The notes: generated by a model from the sequence alone, not told the origin. Shown: positions 10,124 through 20,124, numbered from the stretch's first letter. The stretch is 55,877 nucleotides of DNA from a bacterium (GCA_049472335.1 JBLIRO010000031.1:1-55877); one strand, 5' to 3'. Translations and numbers: made by a program.

Positions 10124-11398
10124 ATGAAGATAATTATTTTAGGTGGCGGATTGGCAGGATGCTCCATTGGTTATCAACTAGCCAATGATGGTCACAATAT
10201 TAGTGTTATTGAAAAGAGTGATGATATTGGTGGTATTTGTCAAACCCGAGAATTAGGAGGAATTAATTATGAGTTCGGGCCCCATATACTCTATGCCAAA
10301 AGAGGGTCTAAAGAACATGAGCATTTTCGTAAATTTTTCCCCAATTTTAACGAAAAAAAATATTTTCCAAGATTAAGCATTGATGGTGAATTGGATAACC
10401 TTTGTTTTTTCCCTGTCACAACCACAAACATCCTCAGGTTGCCTCATAATGAGCAAGTCAAAGCTATTGAAGAGCTTTATCACATTAATTTAGATAGGCC
10501 AGATTTTAGTAATATTGAAAATTATATTATTTCGCGTATAGGTAAAACAGCTTATAAATATTTTTTCAAAAATTATAATATCAAACAATGGGGTATTCAT
10601 CCGGCCCAAATGGATACTGAATGGTGTAGATTTAGAAATTTCTATTTAAGAGATGAAAAACATGGCATGTTTGGTAATGCTTGGCAAGGGCATCCGGGGA
10701 GTTATCGTGGATACTTTAATCAGCTTTCAAAAAATTTCAATATTATCACTGATGAAATAATAGGTACATCTCTTAATAATGATTCCTTATCTAGTGTTAT
10801 AACATCCAAGGGTCTCATTGAAGGCGATTTTTATATTTCAACGATTCCAATCGATCTTTTTCTGAATAAAAAAGATGCCTTGGATTATAGAGGTATTTAT
10901 AAAATATTTTGTCTTCTAAAGGGAAAGTCTGGTATACCAAGCTATTTGCTGACCTTTCCTAATAACTATTCATTTACACGACTTATGGATTATAATCAGC
11001 AGGCAGATCAATCTGCAGACAATTCTCTGATAAGTATGGCCTTCCCACATGATGCCAAAGATCCTGCTTTACCCTTACAAAAATGGCATGCAGAAGCCAA
11101 AAGCTTTCTATTAGCAAAGATAAAAAGTGAGATCATCGAATATCAAAGTATTAACCAAAATTATTGTTACCCACTTGCAAATAAAAAGAATATTGATACA
11201 TTCAATAATTTGCTTAATCAAGTTAGTCAGCTCAAAAATGTCATTACTATGGGCAGATTGGGTTTATACGCTTATATTTCTATGTGCACAATTATCAAAC
11301 AAAGTTCAATCTTCTATCAAATGATTGAAAAATTTCCCAATATGACATCACAAGAGAGATTTGATTTTTATAATTCTGTGAGAAGTGAGCTGATATAA
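10124..11398 (+). CDS. FAD-dependent UDP-galactopyranose mutase-like flavoprotein
   Basis: MKIIILGGGLAG; IGGICQT; GPHILY; FFKNYNIKQWG; YCYP; GRLGLYAYISM. Start is probably ATG 10124. Confidence 0.75.
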   Translation: MKIIILGGGLAGCSIGYQLANDGHNISVIEKSDDIGGICQTRELGGINYEFGPHILYAKRGSKEHEHFRKFFPNFNEKKYFPRLSIDGELDNLCFFPVTTTNILRLPHNEQVKAIEELYHINLDRPDFSNIENYIISRIGKTAYKYFFKNYNIKQWGIHPAQMDTEWCRFRNFYLRDEKHGMFGNAWQGHPGSYRGYFNQLSKNFNIITDEIIGTSLNNDSLSSVITSKGLIEGDFYISTIPIDLFLNKKDALDYRGIYKIFCLLKGKSGIPSYLLTFPNNYSFTRLMDYNQQADQSADNSLISMAFPHDAKDPALPLQKWHAEAKSFLLAKIKSEIIEYQSINQNYCYPLANKKNIDTFNNLLNQVSQLKNVITMGRLGLYAYISMCTIIKQSSIFYQMIEKFPNMTSQERFDFYNSVRSELI

Positions 11399-11466
11399 CA
11401 TGTAGTTTTTATAGCAATGCCAACTTATAGTTTATAAACAACAATTAAATCCTTAAAGGAGATAAA

Positions 11467-11973
11467 ATGAGTAATATTTCATATTTACTGAATCATTATG
11501 ATTTTAATTGTAAAGAGTCACTTGTGATTCAAAGACAAAGAGATGTAGTGTATAAAGCAATTTGGGATTTCAAAGCATGGCCCAACATTCTCAAGCTAGT
11601 GAAAAAAATTAAAACCATATATGATGATGGAACCTACCAAGAGTTCCTAATGGATGTATTCAATGGGGAGAAAGGTATCATAAAAGTACGCTCAATTAGA
11701 AAATGTGGCGAACAAGAAATAGATTTTTTTCAACCTGTTCCACCTGTTTTTTTAAAGTACCATGCTGGGAAATGGATCTTTAACTCGAAAGAGGATAGTA
11801 CTAAGTGTGAACTGACATGTTATCATTTCTGGAATCTGAGCCCGTCAGCCCAGGAATACTATGCAACAGACAATCATGAGTTTATCGAGAAAAAGGTCAG
11901 TGAATTTTTAAAAGACCATGCAAAAAAAGCATTAATTTCATGGAAAAAATATTTGGAGAATAAAAACCTATGA
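11467..11973 (+). CDS. Polyketide aromatase/cyclase (START/SRPBCC fold) 1
   Basis: DFKAWPNIL...IYDDG.YQEF.M.V...VRSIR...FFQPVPP...GKWIF; AAGGAG RBS. Confidence 0.8.
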   Translation: MSNISYLLNHYDFNCKESLVIQRQRDVVYKAIWDFKAWPNILKLVKKIKTIYDDGTYQEFLMDVFNGEKGIIKVRSIRKCGEQEIDFFQPVPPVFLKYHAGKWIFNSKEDSTKCELTCYHFWNLSPSAQEYYATDNHEFIEKKVSEFLKDHAKKALISWKKYLENKNL

Positions 11974-12410
11974 TAGTAAAACAAGATATTATAATACATG
12001 CACCTATCGCCGATGTTTATGATAGGTTTGCTAATATTCATGAATGGAAAAATATTTTGCCTGATGTGTTGGATATTGACACTATTTATGATGATGGTTA
12101 TCACCAGGAATTTAAAATGACTGTTGAAAGGCCTACAGGGAATGAGACAATACGTGCAGTAAGATATTGTATTAAAAACTCACTCATTGAGATATTTCAA
12201 CCCATACCACCGCCCATTTTTAGTAAGATGTCAGGCATCTGGAAATTTGAAAACATAGACTCAAAAACCTTAGTGATTTCAATAAGAAATTTTCAATTAA
12301 AAAAGGATATCACCTTTGACGAGAAAATGGTTGCTTCAAATCTAAACAAAATATTATTTAAAAATTTAAACCTATTCAAAGATGCCATTGAAAAAAATAG
12401 AGAAGATTAA
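11970..12410 (+). CDS. Polyketide aromatase/cyclase (START/SRPBCC fold) 2
   Basis: IIIHAPIADVY...EWKNILPDV...IYDDGYHQEFKMTV...IRAVR...FQPIPPP...GIWKF; ATGA overlap with the previous gene. Confidence 0.82.
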   Translation: MIVKQDIIIHAPIADVYDRFANIHEWKNILPDVLDIDTIYDDGYHQEFKMTVERPTGNETIRAVRYCIKNSLIEIFQPIPPPIFSKMSGIWKFENIDSKTLVISIRNFQLKKDITFDEKMVASNLNKILFKNLNLFKDAIEKNRED

Positions 12411-12852
12411 AGTAGATAGAATATTTCAACAGCCTCACCAAAAGATTGAATTGTGTTTTTGGGATATCAAAGGATGGTCAGGGATTTGGAATTATATAGA
12501 AAAAGTCTCATTGTTATATCAAGATGGCATAATCCAGGAATTTGTTATGGTGGTAGAGCGAGATGGTCTAATTGAAAATATAAGAACCATTCGTTTTAAA
12601 TATGGTAATGTGATTGAGTTTTTTTCTCCTTCACCTCCTCCAATGATGGAAAATCACTCTGGGAAATGGATATTTGAAAAAATAGATACAAAAAAAACTA
12701 AAGTTATTGCCCTAAGAGAATATAAATTATTACAAAAAGAAAATGAAACAACATCTGATTACCTTAAAAGATCCCATCAATTTAAGTTGAAATTTCAAAA
12801 ACGATTGTCTCAGATATTAGAAACTTTTGACAAATATATGATGACTCATTAA
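12382..12852 (+). CDS. Polyketide aromatase/cyclase (START/SRPBCC fold) 3
   Basis: WDIKGWSGIW...LYQDGIIQEFVMVVERDG..ENIRTIR...FFSPSPPP...GKWIF. Confidence 0.8.
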   Translation: MPLKKIEKIKVDRIFQQPHQKIELCFWDIKGWSGIWNYIEKVSLLYQDGIIQEFVMVVERDGLIENIRTIRFKYGNVIEFFSPSPPPMMENHSGKWIFEKIDTKKTKVIALREYKLLQKENETTSDYLKRSHQFKLKFQKRLSQILETFDKYMMTH

Positions 12853-12859
12853 GTAGAAC

Positions 12860-13588
12860 TTGGCTCGCGCTATTCATTCTCAGCACTTTATAAAGGAATA
12901 TAGAAGATTGAAATTATCATTTGTTTTACCTTCATTAAATGAAGAAGAATCTGTTGCAAAAGTAATAGGTGATATCCAAAAGGTAACAGACAAGCAGGCA
13001 GAGATAATATTGGTAGACAGCGGAGTAGATAAAACTGCCATGATTGCCAAACAAATGAATGCAACAGTATATAAAGTTAAACAAATCAGTTATGGGTATT
13101 CAGTGAAATATGGCTTAAAAAAGGCAACAGGTGATGTCATTTTTACAGCTGATTGTGATGGGACATATCCAATGGAACAGATTCCTGATTTTCTAGACCA
13201 AATAAATGCAGGATATGACCTTGTGACTGGTAATCGCTTTGCCAATGGCCGCTTAAATATTCCATTTTTAAGTCGGTTGGGAAACTTCTTTTTTAGAACA
13301 ATTATTAAGTGGTTGTATGGAATTGTTATATATGATGTTACAACAGGTATGAAAGCCATTCGAAAGGAAGTTGCCCATGCCTTTGAATGGGAATCAAATT
13401 GGGCCTTACCCATAGAATTGGTTATAAGGCCAATTTTTAAGGGCCATCGACTCAAAGAGATCCCCATTGAATACTACGAACGCTATGGTGGTGAAACCAA
13501 ACTAAAACATATAAGTATGGGATTGGCCTATCTCAGATGTATCATCAAGTATAAGTATAATTTAAATTTTGGTGAGGATAAGTTGTAA
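12860..13588 (+). CDS. GT2 polyprenol-phosphate glycosyltransferase (DPM1/ArnC-like)
   Basis: LSFVLPSLNEE, LVDSG, SYGYSV..G, TADCDGTYP, DLVTGNR, DVTTGMKA, EIPIEYYER.GGETKL. Start uncertain. Confidence 0.88.
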   Translation: MARAIHSQHFIKEYRRLKLSFVLPSLNEEESVAKVIGDIQKVTDKQAEIILVDSGVDKTAMIAKQMNATVYKVKQISYGYSVKYGLKKATGDVIFTADCDGTYPMEQIPDFLDQINAGYDLVTGNRFANGRLNIPFLSRLGNFFFRTIIKWLYGIVIYDVTTGMKAIRKEVAHAFEWESNWALPIELVIRPIFKGHRLKEIPIEYYERYGGETKLKHISMGLAYLRCIIKYKYNLNFGEDKL

Positions 13589-13596
13589 GGATTAAA

Positions 13597-14460
13597 ATGG
13601 TAAATTTAATTGTTAACGCTGATGATTTTGGTTTAACAGTTGCAACCAATCATGCTATACATAGGTCCTATAGAAATGGAATAGTAACTAGTGCATCTTT
13701 ACTGTCCAATTTTACTGCTTTTGATCATGCAATTAGCATTTCAAAAAAAAATCAAGACCTTGGTATAGGGATCCACTATAATCTTTTGGATGGTGATCCT
13801 GTTCTACCCCCATCCAAAGTACCATCCTTAGTGAACAAATATGGCAAATTTATAGGCTCACCACTTAAATTATTTTCTAAAATCATTTTAGGTCGGACAA
13901 GGAAAGATGAAGTTGAGCTTGAGCTTCGTGCACAAACGACTAAGGTATTAAAGTCGGGAATAGATGTGTTTCATTTTGATGGGCATCAGCATATTCATGT
14001 CTTCCCTCCTATTTTAAAAATTCTTTTAGAAATCGCAAGAGAATTTGGTATCAAAGCATTACGTTATCCTAGTGAGAGATTTAATTTCTCATTCCATCAC
14101 CTAAAACCAAAGTTCATAATAAGACACATCGTAAGATTCCTAATTTACCAAAATTGCAGATGCGTCAAATCTATGCTTAATAGTTATAGTATGCATCATC
14201 CAGATAATTTTTATGGAATCATTGATGTTGGGAATATAAATGAGGGTATTCTTAAAAAAAAAATTTTGTCATTAAAAAATGGTGTGAATGAAATTATGGT
14301 TCACCCCAGTTTAATGAGTAAGGCATTAGAGAGAATGAATTTTCCTTGGATCAAAAATCATTGTTTTTTAAAAGAGCTTGATGCTGTAATTAATCCAAAA
14401 ATGATGCAACTCATCAAGGGAAAAAAAATTAATTTAACTCACTTTGGTTCTATCATCTAA
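13597..14460 (+). CDS. YdjC/ChbG/HpnK family carbohydrate deacetylase
   Basis: LIVNADDFG, GIVTSAS, GIHYNL, HFDGHQHIH, EIMVHP. Confidence 0.9.
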   Translation: MVNLIVNADDFGLTVATNHAIHRSYRNGIVTSASLLSNFTAFDHAISISKKNQDLGIGIHYNLLDGDPVLPPSKVPSLVNKYGKFIGSPLKLFSKIILGRTRKDEVELELRAQTTKVLKSGIDVFHFDGHQHIHVFPPILKILLEIAREFGIKALRYPSERFNFSFHHLKPKFIIRHIVRFLIYQNCRCVKSMLNSYSMHHPDNFYGIIDVGNINEGILKKKILSLKNGVNEIMVHPSLMSKALERMNFPWIKNHCFLKELDAVINPKMMQLIKGKKINLTHFGSII

Positions 14461-14504
14461 TCTTGAGATTATTTCAGCAGAATTTAGAGAAGTGTAGGAG
14501 TCAA

Positions 14505-15053
14505 GTGATACAAAATCAAAATAGTCCATTAACTTTCTATTATGAAAATTATCCAGCGTCCAGAATTTTAATGTTTCAATTTACAGGTATTTTAAGCTAT
14601 ACCATAGGTTTTTTTATAATCGTCCATACATTCTCAAATTTATATGCTATTGTTTACTTAATTCTATGTTTTTTTGCTAATTTATCTGTTATGATTGGAA
14701 GCTGTACACGCTGTTATTATTATGGGAAATGGTGTGGTACAGGGCTTGGAAAAATCAGCGCCAAATTTCAGAGAAAAGACCCAACCAGATTTGGTCAAAC
14801 GAAAACAGCAAATATTGAACTGGGATTAAATGCCCTTACCATAGCGATCCCATTATTCATCCTCCTAGTTAAGTTCATCTCTATCCCATCTATTAAAGTT
14901 TTCATAATATTGGTTGCATTGGTACTATCTGGTTTACTTCGACTAGTTTTAATAAAAGCCTTAATACTTTGCTCAAATTGTGCTCAAGGCAATATTAAGT
15001 GTTCGTACAAAGCCCATCTTCAAAAAATTCATGATAAAAAATTTAAAAAATAA
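14505..15053 (+). CDS. Cys-rich membrane hypothetical protein
   Basis: About four hydrophobic segments; CTRCYYYGKWC and CSNC...C. GTG start after AGGAG; the ORF track starts at 14463. Confidence 0.7.
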   Translation: MIQNQNSPLTFYYENYPASRILMFQFTGILSYTIGFFIIVHTFSNLYAIVYLILCFFANLSVMIGSCTRCYYYGKWCGTGLGKISAKFQRKDPTRFGQTKTANIELGLNALTIAIPLFILLVKFISIPSIKVFIILVALVLSGLLRLVLIKALILCSNCAQGNIKCSYKAHLQKIHDKKFKK

Positions 15054-15720
15054 AAGAAAAGTGGCCATCTATGGAGCAGGCTTTCAGGGTAGAATAGTCT
15101 TTGAAATATTGCAAAAGTGTAAATGCTTTGACATTCTATATTTTATTGATGACTTTTTTAAAGGGGATTATCTGTATAACATACCTGTAATAAAAAATTA
15201 TGAAATATCATCTAAAATTAATATTGTACTCGCAATTGGTAATGATGATTATGACAAGATACAGATAAAAAAAAATATTATAAATAAGATTGATTTAGAA
15301 TTTATTAATGCAATAGACACCTCATCTATTGTTTCAAAATATGCTGTTTTAGGAAAGAATATCATCTGTCATCCCAATACAGTCATCATGACAGGATCAA
15401 AAATAGGCAATTTTTCAATTATCAGTACAGGATCATGTATTGATCATGATAATGTGTTAGAGAGTTTTGCTAATATTTGCCCTGGAGTACGAACAGCAGG
15501 TAATGTGCATATTGGGACTGGAGTTTTTTTAGGGACAGGGGCGATTATCTTACCTAAAGTAAAGATTGGACAGTATGCAATCATTGGAGCTGGTGCTGTA
15601 GTAACAAATGATATTCCAGCCTTTGCCACTGCTGTTGGGGTTCCAGCTAGAATAATTAAAAGAGGATTAAAACCTAAATTGAATCTAAAAGTTAATAACT
15701 ATGTAGTAGGTTCTCATTAA
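15031..15720 (+). CDS. PglD/NeuD-family sugar acetyltransferase (hexapeptide repeat)
   Basis: AIYGAGFQG, FIDD, LAIGN, IDHDN, left-handed beta-helix repeats, VGVPAR. Start is probably ATG 15031. Confidence 0.88.
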   Translation: MIKNLKNKRKVAIYGAGFQGRIVFEILQKCKCFDILYFIDDFFKGDYLYNIPVIKNYEISSKINIVLAIGNDDYDKIQIKKNIINKIDLEFINAIDTSSIVSKYAVLGKNIICHPNTVIMTGSKIGNFSIISTGSCIDHDNVLESFANICPGVRTAGNVHIGTGVFLGTGAIILPKVKIGQYAIIGAGAVVTNDIPAFATAVGVPARIIKRGLKPKLNLKVNNYVVGSH

Positions 15721-15867
15721 TACTGTCAAAGACCTCAAGGATTAATCTTTGTTTTTTTAACAACTCACTTAGAAAAGGATCTTCATTCACAATTTGAGTA
15801 ATTTTAATTTTTTAAGTTCCGATAATAATTCTTTAACAGAATATTTTTTAAACAATTTAGGATTAAA

Positions 15868-16998
15868 ATGAAACCTAAGATAAAAGTTCCCTTTTTCGAC
15901 AATATTATTTCACATAATAAAATCATGCCAGAAATTATAGATGCTATTAAATCAGTGATTTCAAGAGGTGATTTTTATTTAAGCAAGGAAGTAGAATTAT
16001 TTGAAAAAGCAATCGCTACATATTGTAATTGCAAATATGCTATTGGTGTTGGATCTGGAACAGATGCCCTCATTTTATCATTTAAAGCTAGTGGAATTAA
16101 GTCTGGCGATGAAATAATAACAGCAGCCCATGGTTTTATTGCAACTATGATGGCAATTTCAGAAGTTGGAGCCAAACCCGTACTAATTGATATAAACGAA
16201 ACTTATAATATTGATCCAGACAAAATCGAAGAAAAGATAACTCATAAAACCAAAGCAATTGTACCAGTGCACTTTACAGGTCGAATTGCAGATATGGATA
16301 AAATACAAAATATAGCAAATAAGTATTCAATACCTATTGTTGAAGATGCAGCTCAAGCTGTTGGAGCAACATATAAAGGGAAAAAATCCGGCACTTTTGG
16401 CTTATTGGGCTGTTTTAGTCTTTTCCCAACCAAAAATCTAGCTGCTTGTGGTGATGGAGGTTTTATTACCACAAACAGTGATAAATTAAATGATAATTTA
16501 AGACTTTTGAGAAATCTAGGCCGAGAATCAAGAGATACTTGGTCGTTAATAGGGATTAATTCCCGATTAGATTCCATCCAGGCTGCTATTTTACTAGTCA
16601 AGCTAAAATATTTGGATGAATTAAATGAAAGACGCCGAGAGATTGCCGATTTTTATAATGAGAATCTACGGGATTATGTACATATCCCAGAAAGTATGCC
16701 TCATGAAAAACAAGTATACCATCTTTATATTATTAGACTAAAAAATATTATAAATATTGAATTACAAAAGCAACTTATCCAAGAAGGAATCGATACACAT
16801 ATCCACTATCCTATCCCAATGCATCTTCAGCAGGCCTATTCTAATTTAGGCTATACTGAAGGTTCTTTTCCAATAGTAGAAAATTATGCCAAACAATTTC
16901 TAACATTGCCTATTTATCCTGAACTGACAGATGAACAAGTTAAATATGTTGTGGATAAAGTAATTTGGAATATCAAAAGGAAAAAGGGGAATGATTAA
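15868..16998 (+). CDS. DegT/DnrJ/EryC1/StrS PLP-dependent sugar aminotransferase
   Basis: GSGTDAL, VPVHFTG, EDAAQAVG, FSLFPTKNLAACGDGG (PLP Lys), NSRLDSIQAA, LTLPIYP. Confidence 0.93.
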   Translation: MKPKIKVPFFDNIISHNKIMPEIIDAIKSVISRGDFYLSKEVELFEKAIATYCNCKYAIGVGSGTDALILSFKASGIKSGDEIITAAHGFIATMMAISEVGAKPVLIDINETYNIDPDKIEEKITHKTKAIVPVHFTGRIADMDKIQNIANKYSIPIVEDAAQAVGATYKGKKSGTFGLLGCFSLFPTKNLAACGDGGFITTNSDKLNDNLRLLRNLGRESRDTWSLIGINSRLDSIQAAILLVKLKYLDELNERRREIADFYNENLRDYVHIPESMPHEKQVYHLYIIRLKNIINIELQKQLIQEGIDTHIHYPIPMHLQQAYSNLGYTEGSFPIVENYAKQFLTLPIYPELTDEQVKYVVDKVIWNIKRKKGND

Positions 16999-18019
16999 AG
17001 GAGAACTTAAAAAATATATTCAGTATTCTTTACCAGAACCGGAATATCTTATGATTGAACCAACCAACAGGTGTAATCTTCGATGTAACACATGCTCAAG
17101 AATGAATATATTGGAAATTGGTGATATGAGTATGGATTCATTTAAGAAGATTCTTGATCAGATGCAAAGTGTAAAAATAATAAAATTCCATGGATTGGGC
17201 GAACCACTATTAGCTAAAAATGCCATTCTTATGCTCAATCACCTGTCTTACCTAAGTTGTGAAGTTCTAATAGTAACAAATTGCCAATGGCAGGGCATTA
17301 ACATACCAATGCTACTTGATTTAGTTGATCATATATATATATCTGCAAGTTCATCAAATGAAGTTGGTTATAAAAAGTATACAGGTACAGGAAATTGGAA
17401 TTTACTCATTGAAAATATTAAAAAAATAATACATTACAAAACTGAAAAAACAGATGTGGTCTTGAATTTTGTTTGTACCAAAAATAATATTGATCAAGTT
17501 GTTGATATTATAGAGTTAGCTTCGAAATTGAATATTTCAGCCGTCCGGTACCAGATTATGCAAAATTGGGTGGAGGATAAAAAAACACTTTTATATCAGG
17601 AGATTAAAAAACAAGAAATAAATGATATAAATGAATTAATCGAACAGTTGTACAATATGACGATTAGGGCTGATGAATTGGGTATTAAAGTTGAAATTGT
17701 TGGGAATGAACATTTTGATTATGACAAATGTGTTTGGCCTTTTCGTCGGGTTTATATTACCTGGAAAGGCGATGTAATTCCCTGTTGTATGAGACCAGAT
17801 CCTAAATTCAAAATGGGGAATCTTTTAGAAGAGCCTTTTACCAAAATTTGGAACAGCGAAAGATATGATTGCCTGCGAACTTCTTTGTCTGAGAAAAATC
17901 CTCTACCTGTATGCATAAATTGTCCGTACAAGGCACTTGCCCCTACCATGCAATACTTAAAAAAACAAATAAAAGCTAAAGAAGATCTCTTAGACCAAAT
18001 TGCCTTAACTTTAATATGA
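16991..18019 (+). CDS. Radical SAM protein with SPASM/twitch domain
   Basis: CNLRCNTC; GLGEPLL; CVWPF...GDVIPCC...CINC. Confidence 0.9.
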   Translation: MIKGELKKYIQYSLPEPEYLMIEPTNRCNLRCNTCSRMNILEIGDMSMDSFKKILDQMQSVKIIKFHGLGEPLLAKNAILMLNHLSYLSCEVLIVTNCQWQGINIPMLLDLVDHIYISASSSNEVGYKKYTGTGNWNLLIENIKKIIHYKTEKTDVVLNFVCTKNNIDQVVDIIELASKLNISAVRYQIMQNWVEDKKTLLYQEIKKQEINDINELIEQLYNMTIRADELGIKVEIVGNEHFDYDKCVWPFRRVYITWKGDVIPCCMRPDPKFKMGNLLEEPFTKIWNSERYDCLRTSLSEKNPLPVCINCPYKALAPTMQYLKKQIKAKEDLLDQIALTLI

Positions 18020-18082
18020 TGCGATTAAATTTGCCCACTTTATCTTTAGTACCTACTTAAACTAACAAATAAAGGAATTTTT

Positions 18083-19558
18083 ATGAAATGTAGTCTAGTA
18101 TTCCCTGCATGGGACCCAAGGGATATTTTTTCAAAATATACAGTTCGAAATCAGGTTAGCTTTCAACATCCCAATGGTCTTTTATACCTAGCAGGGATGC
18201 TTATCAAATCGGGCCATGAAGTTGATTTTATAGATGGAGCTTTTCTAAGCCACAGTCAAATCCTAACTAAAATCAAGGATTTTGAACCGGATTATATTGG
18301 AATTTATGCTAGCACACCCATGTGGAAAAAAGCATTGTGTACTACCAAAGATATTAAAAAAATAAATAAGAAAGCGCATATTTGTATTGGTGGTCCTTAC
18401 CCCATTGCAATGAAAACAAAATGTTTTGATGAAAGCCATCTTATAGATAGCGTATGTATATCTGAAGGTGAATATGTTGTAAGTGAAACAGTGAACCGAC
18501 TTCAAAACAATCAAAGTTTGTCTGGAATAAGTGGCCTAATCTATAGAGATGCAAACGGAAAAGTGATTGATAATGGACCTGGCATACCAATAGAAAATCT
18601 GGATGAAATCCCTTTCCCTCCCAGATATCTTTTGGGAGATATCCATAAATATCTTTCACCACCAGGCACATACAAAAGAAAACCTATTGCCAACATAATT
18701 AGCTCTCGTGGATGCACCAATCTTTGTTTATACTGCTTTCAGATATATCGAGATAAGACCATACGATATAGGAGTGCAAAAAATGTGGTAGATGAGCTTG
18801 AGGAATGTGCCGAAAGATACGGATTTAAAGAGGTTAGATTTCTTGATGATCAGTTTACGGGCGATTATGATAGAGTCATGGAAATTTGTCAAATGATTAA
18901 GGATCGAAAAATAAACTTAACCTGGTATGCATCAGCCATCGCGGGTACGGTTGATAAAAAATTACTGGGAGCAATGAAAAGTGCCGGATGCTGGGCCATT
19001 TTATTTGGAGCAGAATCGGGTGTGCAAAAAAATTTAGATACTCTGAAAAAAGGAATAACACTGGATCAAATCAGTTCATCTGTTAAATTGGCAAAAAAAG
19101 CGGGTATAAGACCTTATACACCATTCATGTTTGGCATTCCTGGTGAAACATTTGAAGATGGACTTAAAACCATTGAATTTGCATGTAAAATTAATCCTTA
19201 TTATGTTGATTTTAATTCATTAACCCCTTTTCCAGGAACGACTATTTACAATGACCTTGATAAATATGGTACCATGCTCAAAGACACGGATAACTTCACA
19301 TTTCAACACGCAACCTTCATTCCCAATACACTTACCAGAGATGAAATAATTAAATTACGCGAACTTGCATTTAAGCGTTTTTATTCAAGATGGCAATTCG
19401 TTTTAAAGAGAATATTTTTAATCAGAGGATGGTCTGATATCGTTACTCTTTTTAAAGGCAGTAAAAGCCTTTTTTGGTTATATTTTGGAGCCAATGTATT
19501 TAATCCATCCTATTTCAAAGATAAAAAGAAAAGTAAAGATCAAGATACCGAGTTATGA
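18083..19558 (+). CDS. Cobalamin-binding (class B) radical SAM enzyme
   Basis: N-terminal B12-binding domain (PNGLLYLA...IGGPYP...SEGE); SRGCTNLCLYC; GAESG; GIPGET; PFPGT. Confidence 0.9.
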   Translation: MKCSLVFPAWDPRDIFSKYTVRNQVSFQHPNGLLYLAGMLIKSGHEVDFIDGAFLSHSQILTKIKDFEPDYIGIYASTPMWKKALCTTKDIKKINKKAHICIGGPYPIAMKTKCFDESHLIDSVCISEGEYVVSETVNRLQNNQSLSGISGLIYRDANGKVIDNGPGIPIENLDEIPFPPRYLLGDIHKYLSPPGTYKRKPIANIISSRGCTNLCLYCFQIYRDKTIRYRSAKNVVDELEECAERYGFKEVRFLDDQFTGDYDRVMEICQMIKDRKINLTWYASAIAGTVDKKLLGAMKSAGCWAILFGAESGVQKNLDTLKKGITLDQISSSVKLAKKAGIRPYTPFMFGIPGETFEDGLKTIEFACKINPYYVDFNSLTPFPGTTIYNDLDKYGTMLKDTDNFTFQHATFIPNTLTRDEIIKLRELAFKRFYSRWQFVLKRIFLIRGWSDIVTLFKGSKSLFWLYFGANVFNPSYFKDKKKSKDQDTEL

Positions 19559-19575
19559 ATTGATTATAGTTTCAT

Positions 19576-20124
19576 GTGATTCCTATCTTTGAATTAATCA
19601 AGATGATATTTAAAGCCGGCAAAAATATTAAAACAAATTCATCCAAACTTAGAAATATTATTTTTTCAAATAAATATTTTTTTTTTAAAATACAGATAAG
19701 CTTAATTTTGATTGTTATGGCTTGCTTATACAGCAATTGGAAGGGAAGATCAATAGAAGTGACATATGAAAAATGTTTATCAGATCCAGATAAATATGAT
19801 CAAGCTCTTGTATATTTTTATTATGGAAATATCACCAAGGTTAAAGAAAATGGGTTTTATTTTAATGTTAAAGATAATATTTATTTTATTAAAAATACTA
19901 AATTTTTTCCTAATAAAAACAAAACGTTAGATATCCAAGTGCGATTTACAAAAGGTAGTACAATAGAATTAACTGATTTTCAATACAGTAAAAAGTTTCC
20001 TATTACAATTAAAAAAGGCATATCAGCCATAGCCCTAATTATCGCTTTCTTCATGTTTGCTAAGGACTATGGTTTGGCAATTGACAAGTCTGGTATTTGT
20101 TTTAAAAAAAATACCTATGCCTGA
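19576..20124 (+). CDS. Hypothetical membrane-anchored protein
   Basis: Two hydrophobic segments flanking a beta-rich soluble region; overlaps the next gene. Confidence 0.55.
   Translation: MIPIFELIKMIFKAGKNIKTNSSKLRNIIFSNKYFFFKIQISLILIVMACLYSNWKGRSIEVTYEKCLSDPDKYDQALVYFYYGNITKVKENGFYFNVKDNIYFIKNTKFFPNKNKTLDIQVRFTKGSTIELTDFQYSKKFPITIKKGISAIALIIAFFMFAKDYGLAIDKSGICFKKNTYA

Noticed and set aside
8910..18019. SPASM enzymes as RiPP maturases
   Set aside because: No precursor peptide, PqqD/RRE domain or peptidase seen; context is sugar and polyketide genes
13597..19558. HpnK/HpnJ-like hopanoid tailoring locus
   Set aside because: The families overlap (YdjC deacetylase, B12 radical SAM, GT2), but no squalene-hopene cyclase or other hpn genes are in the window
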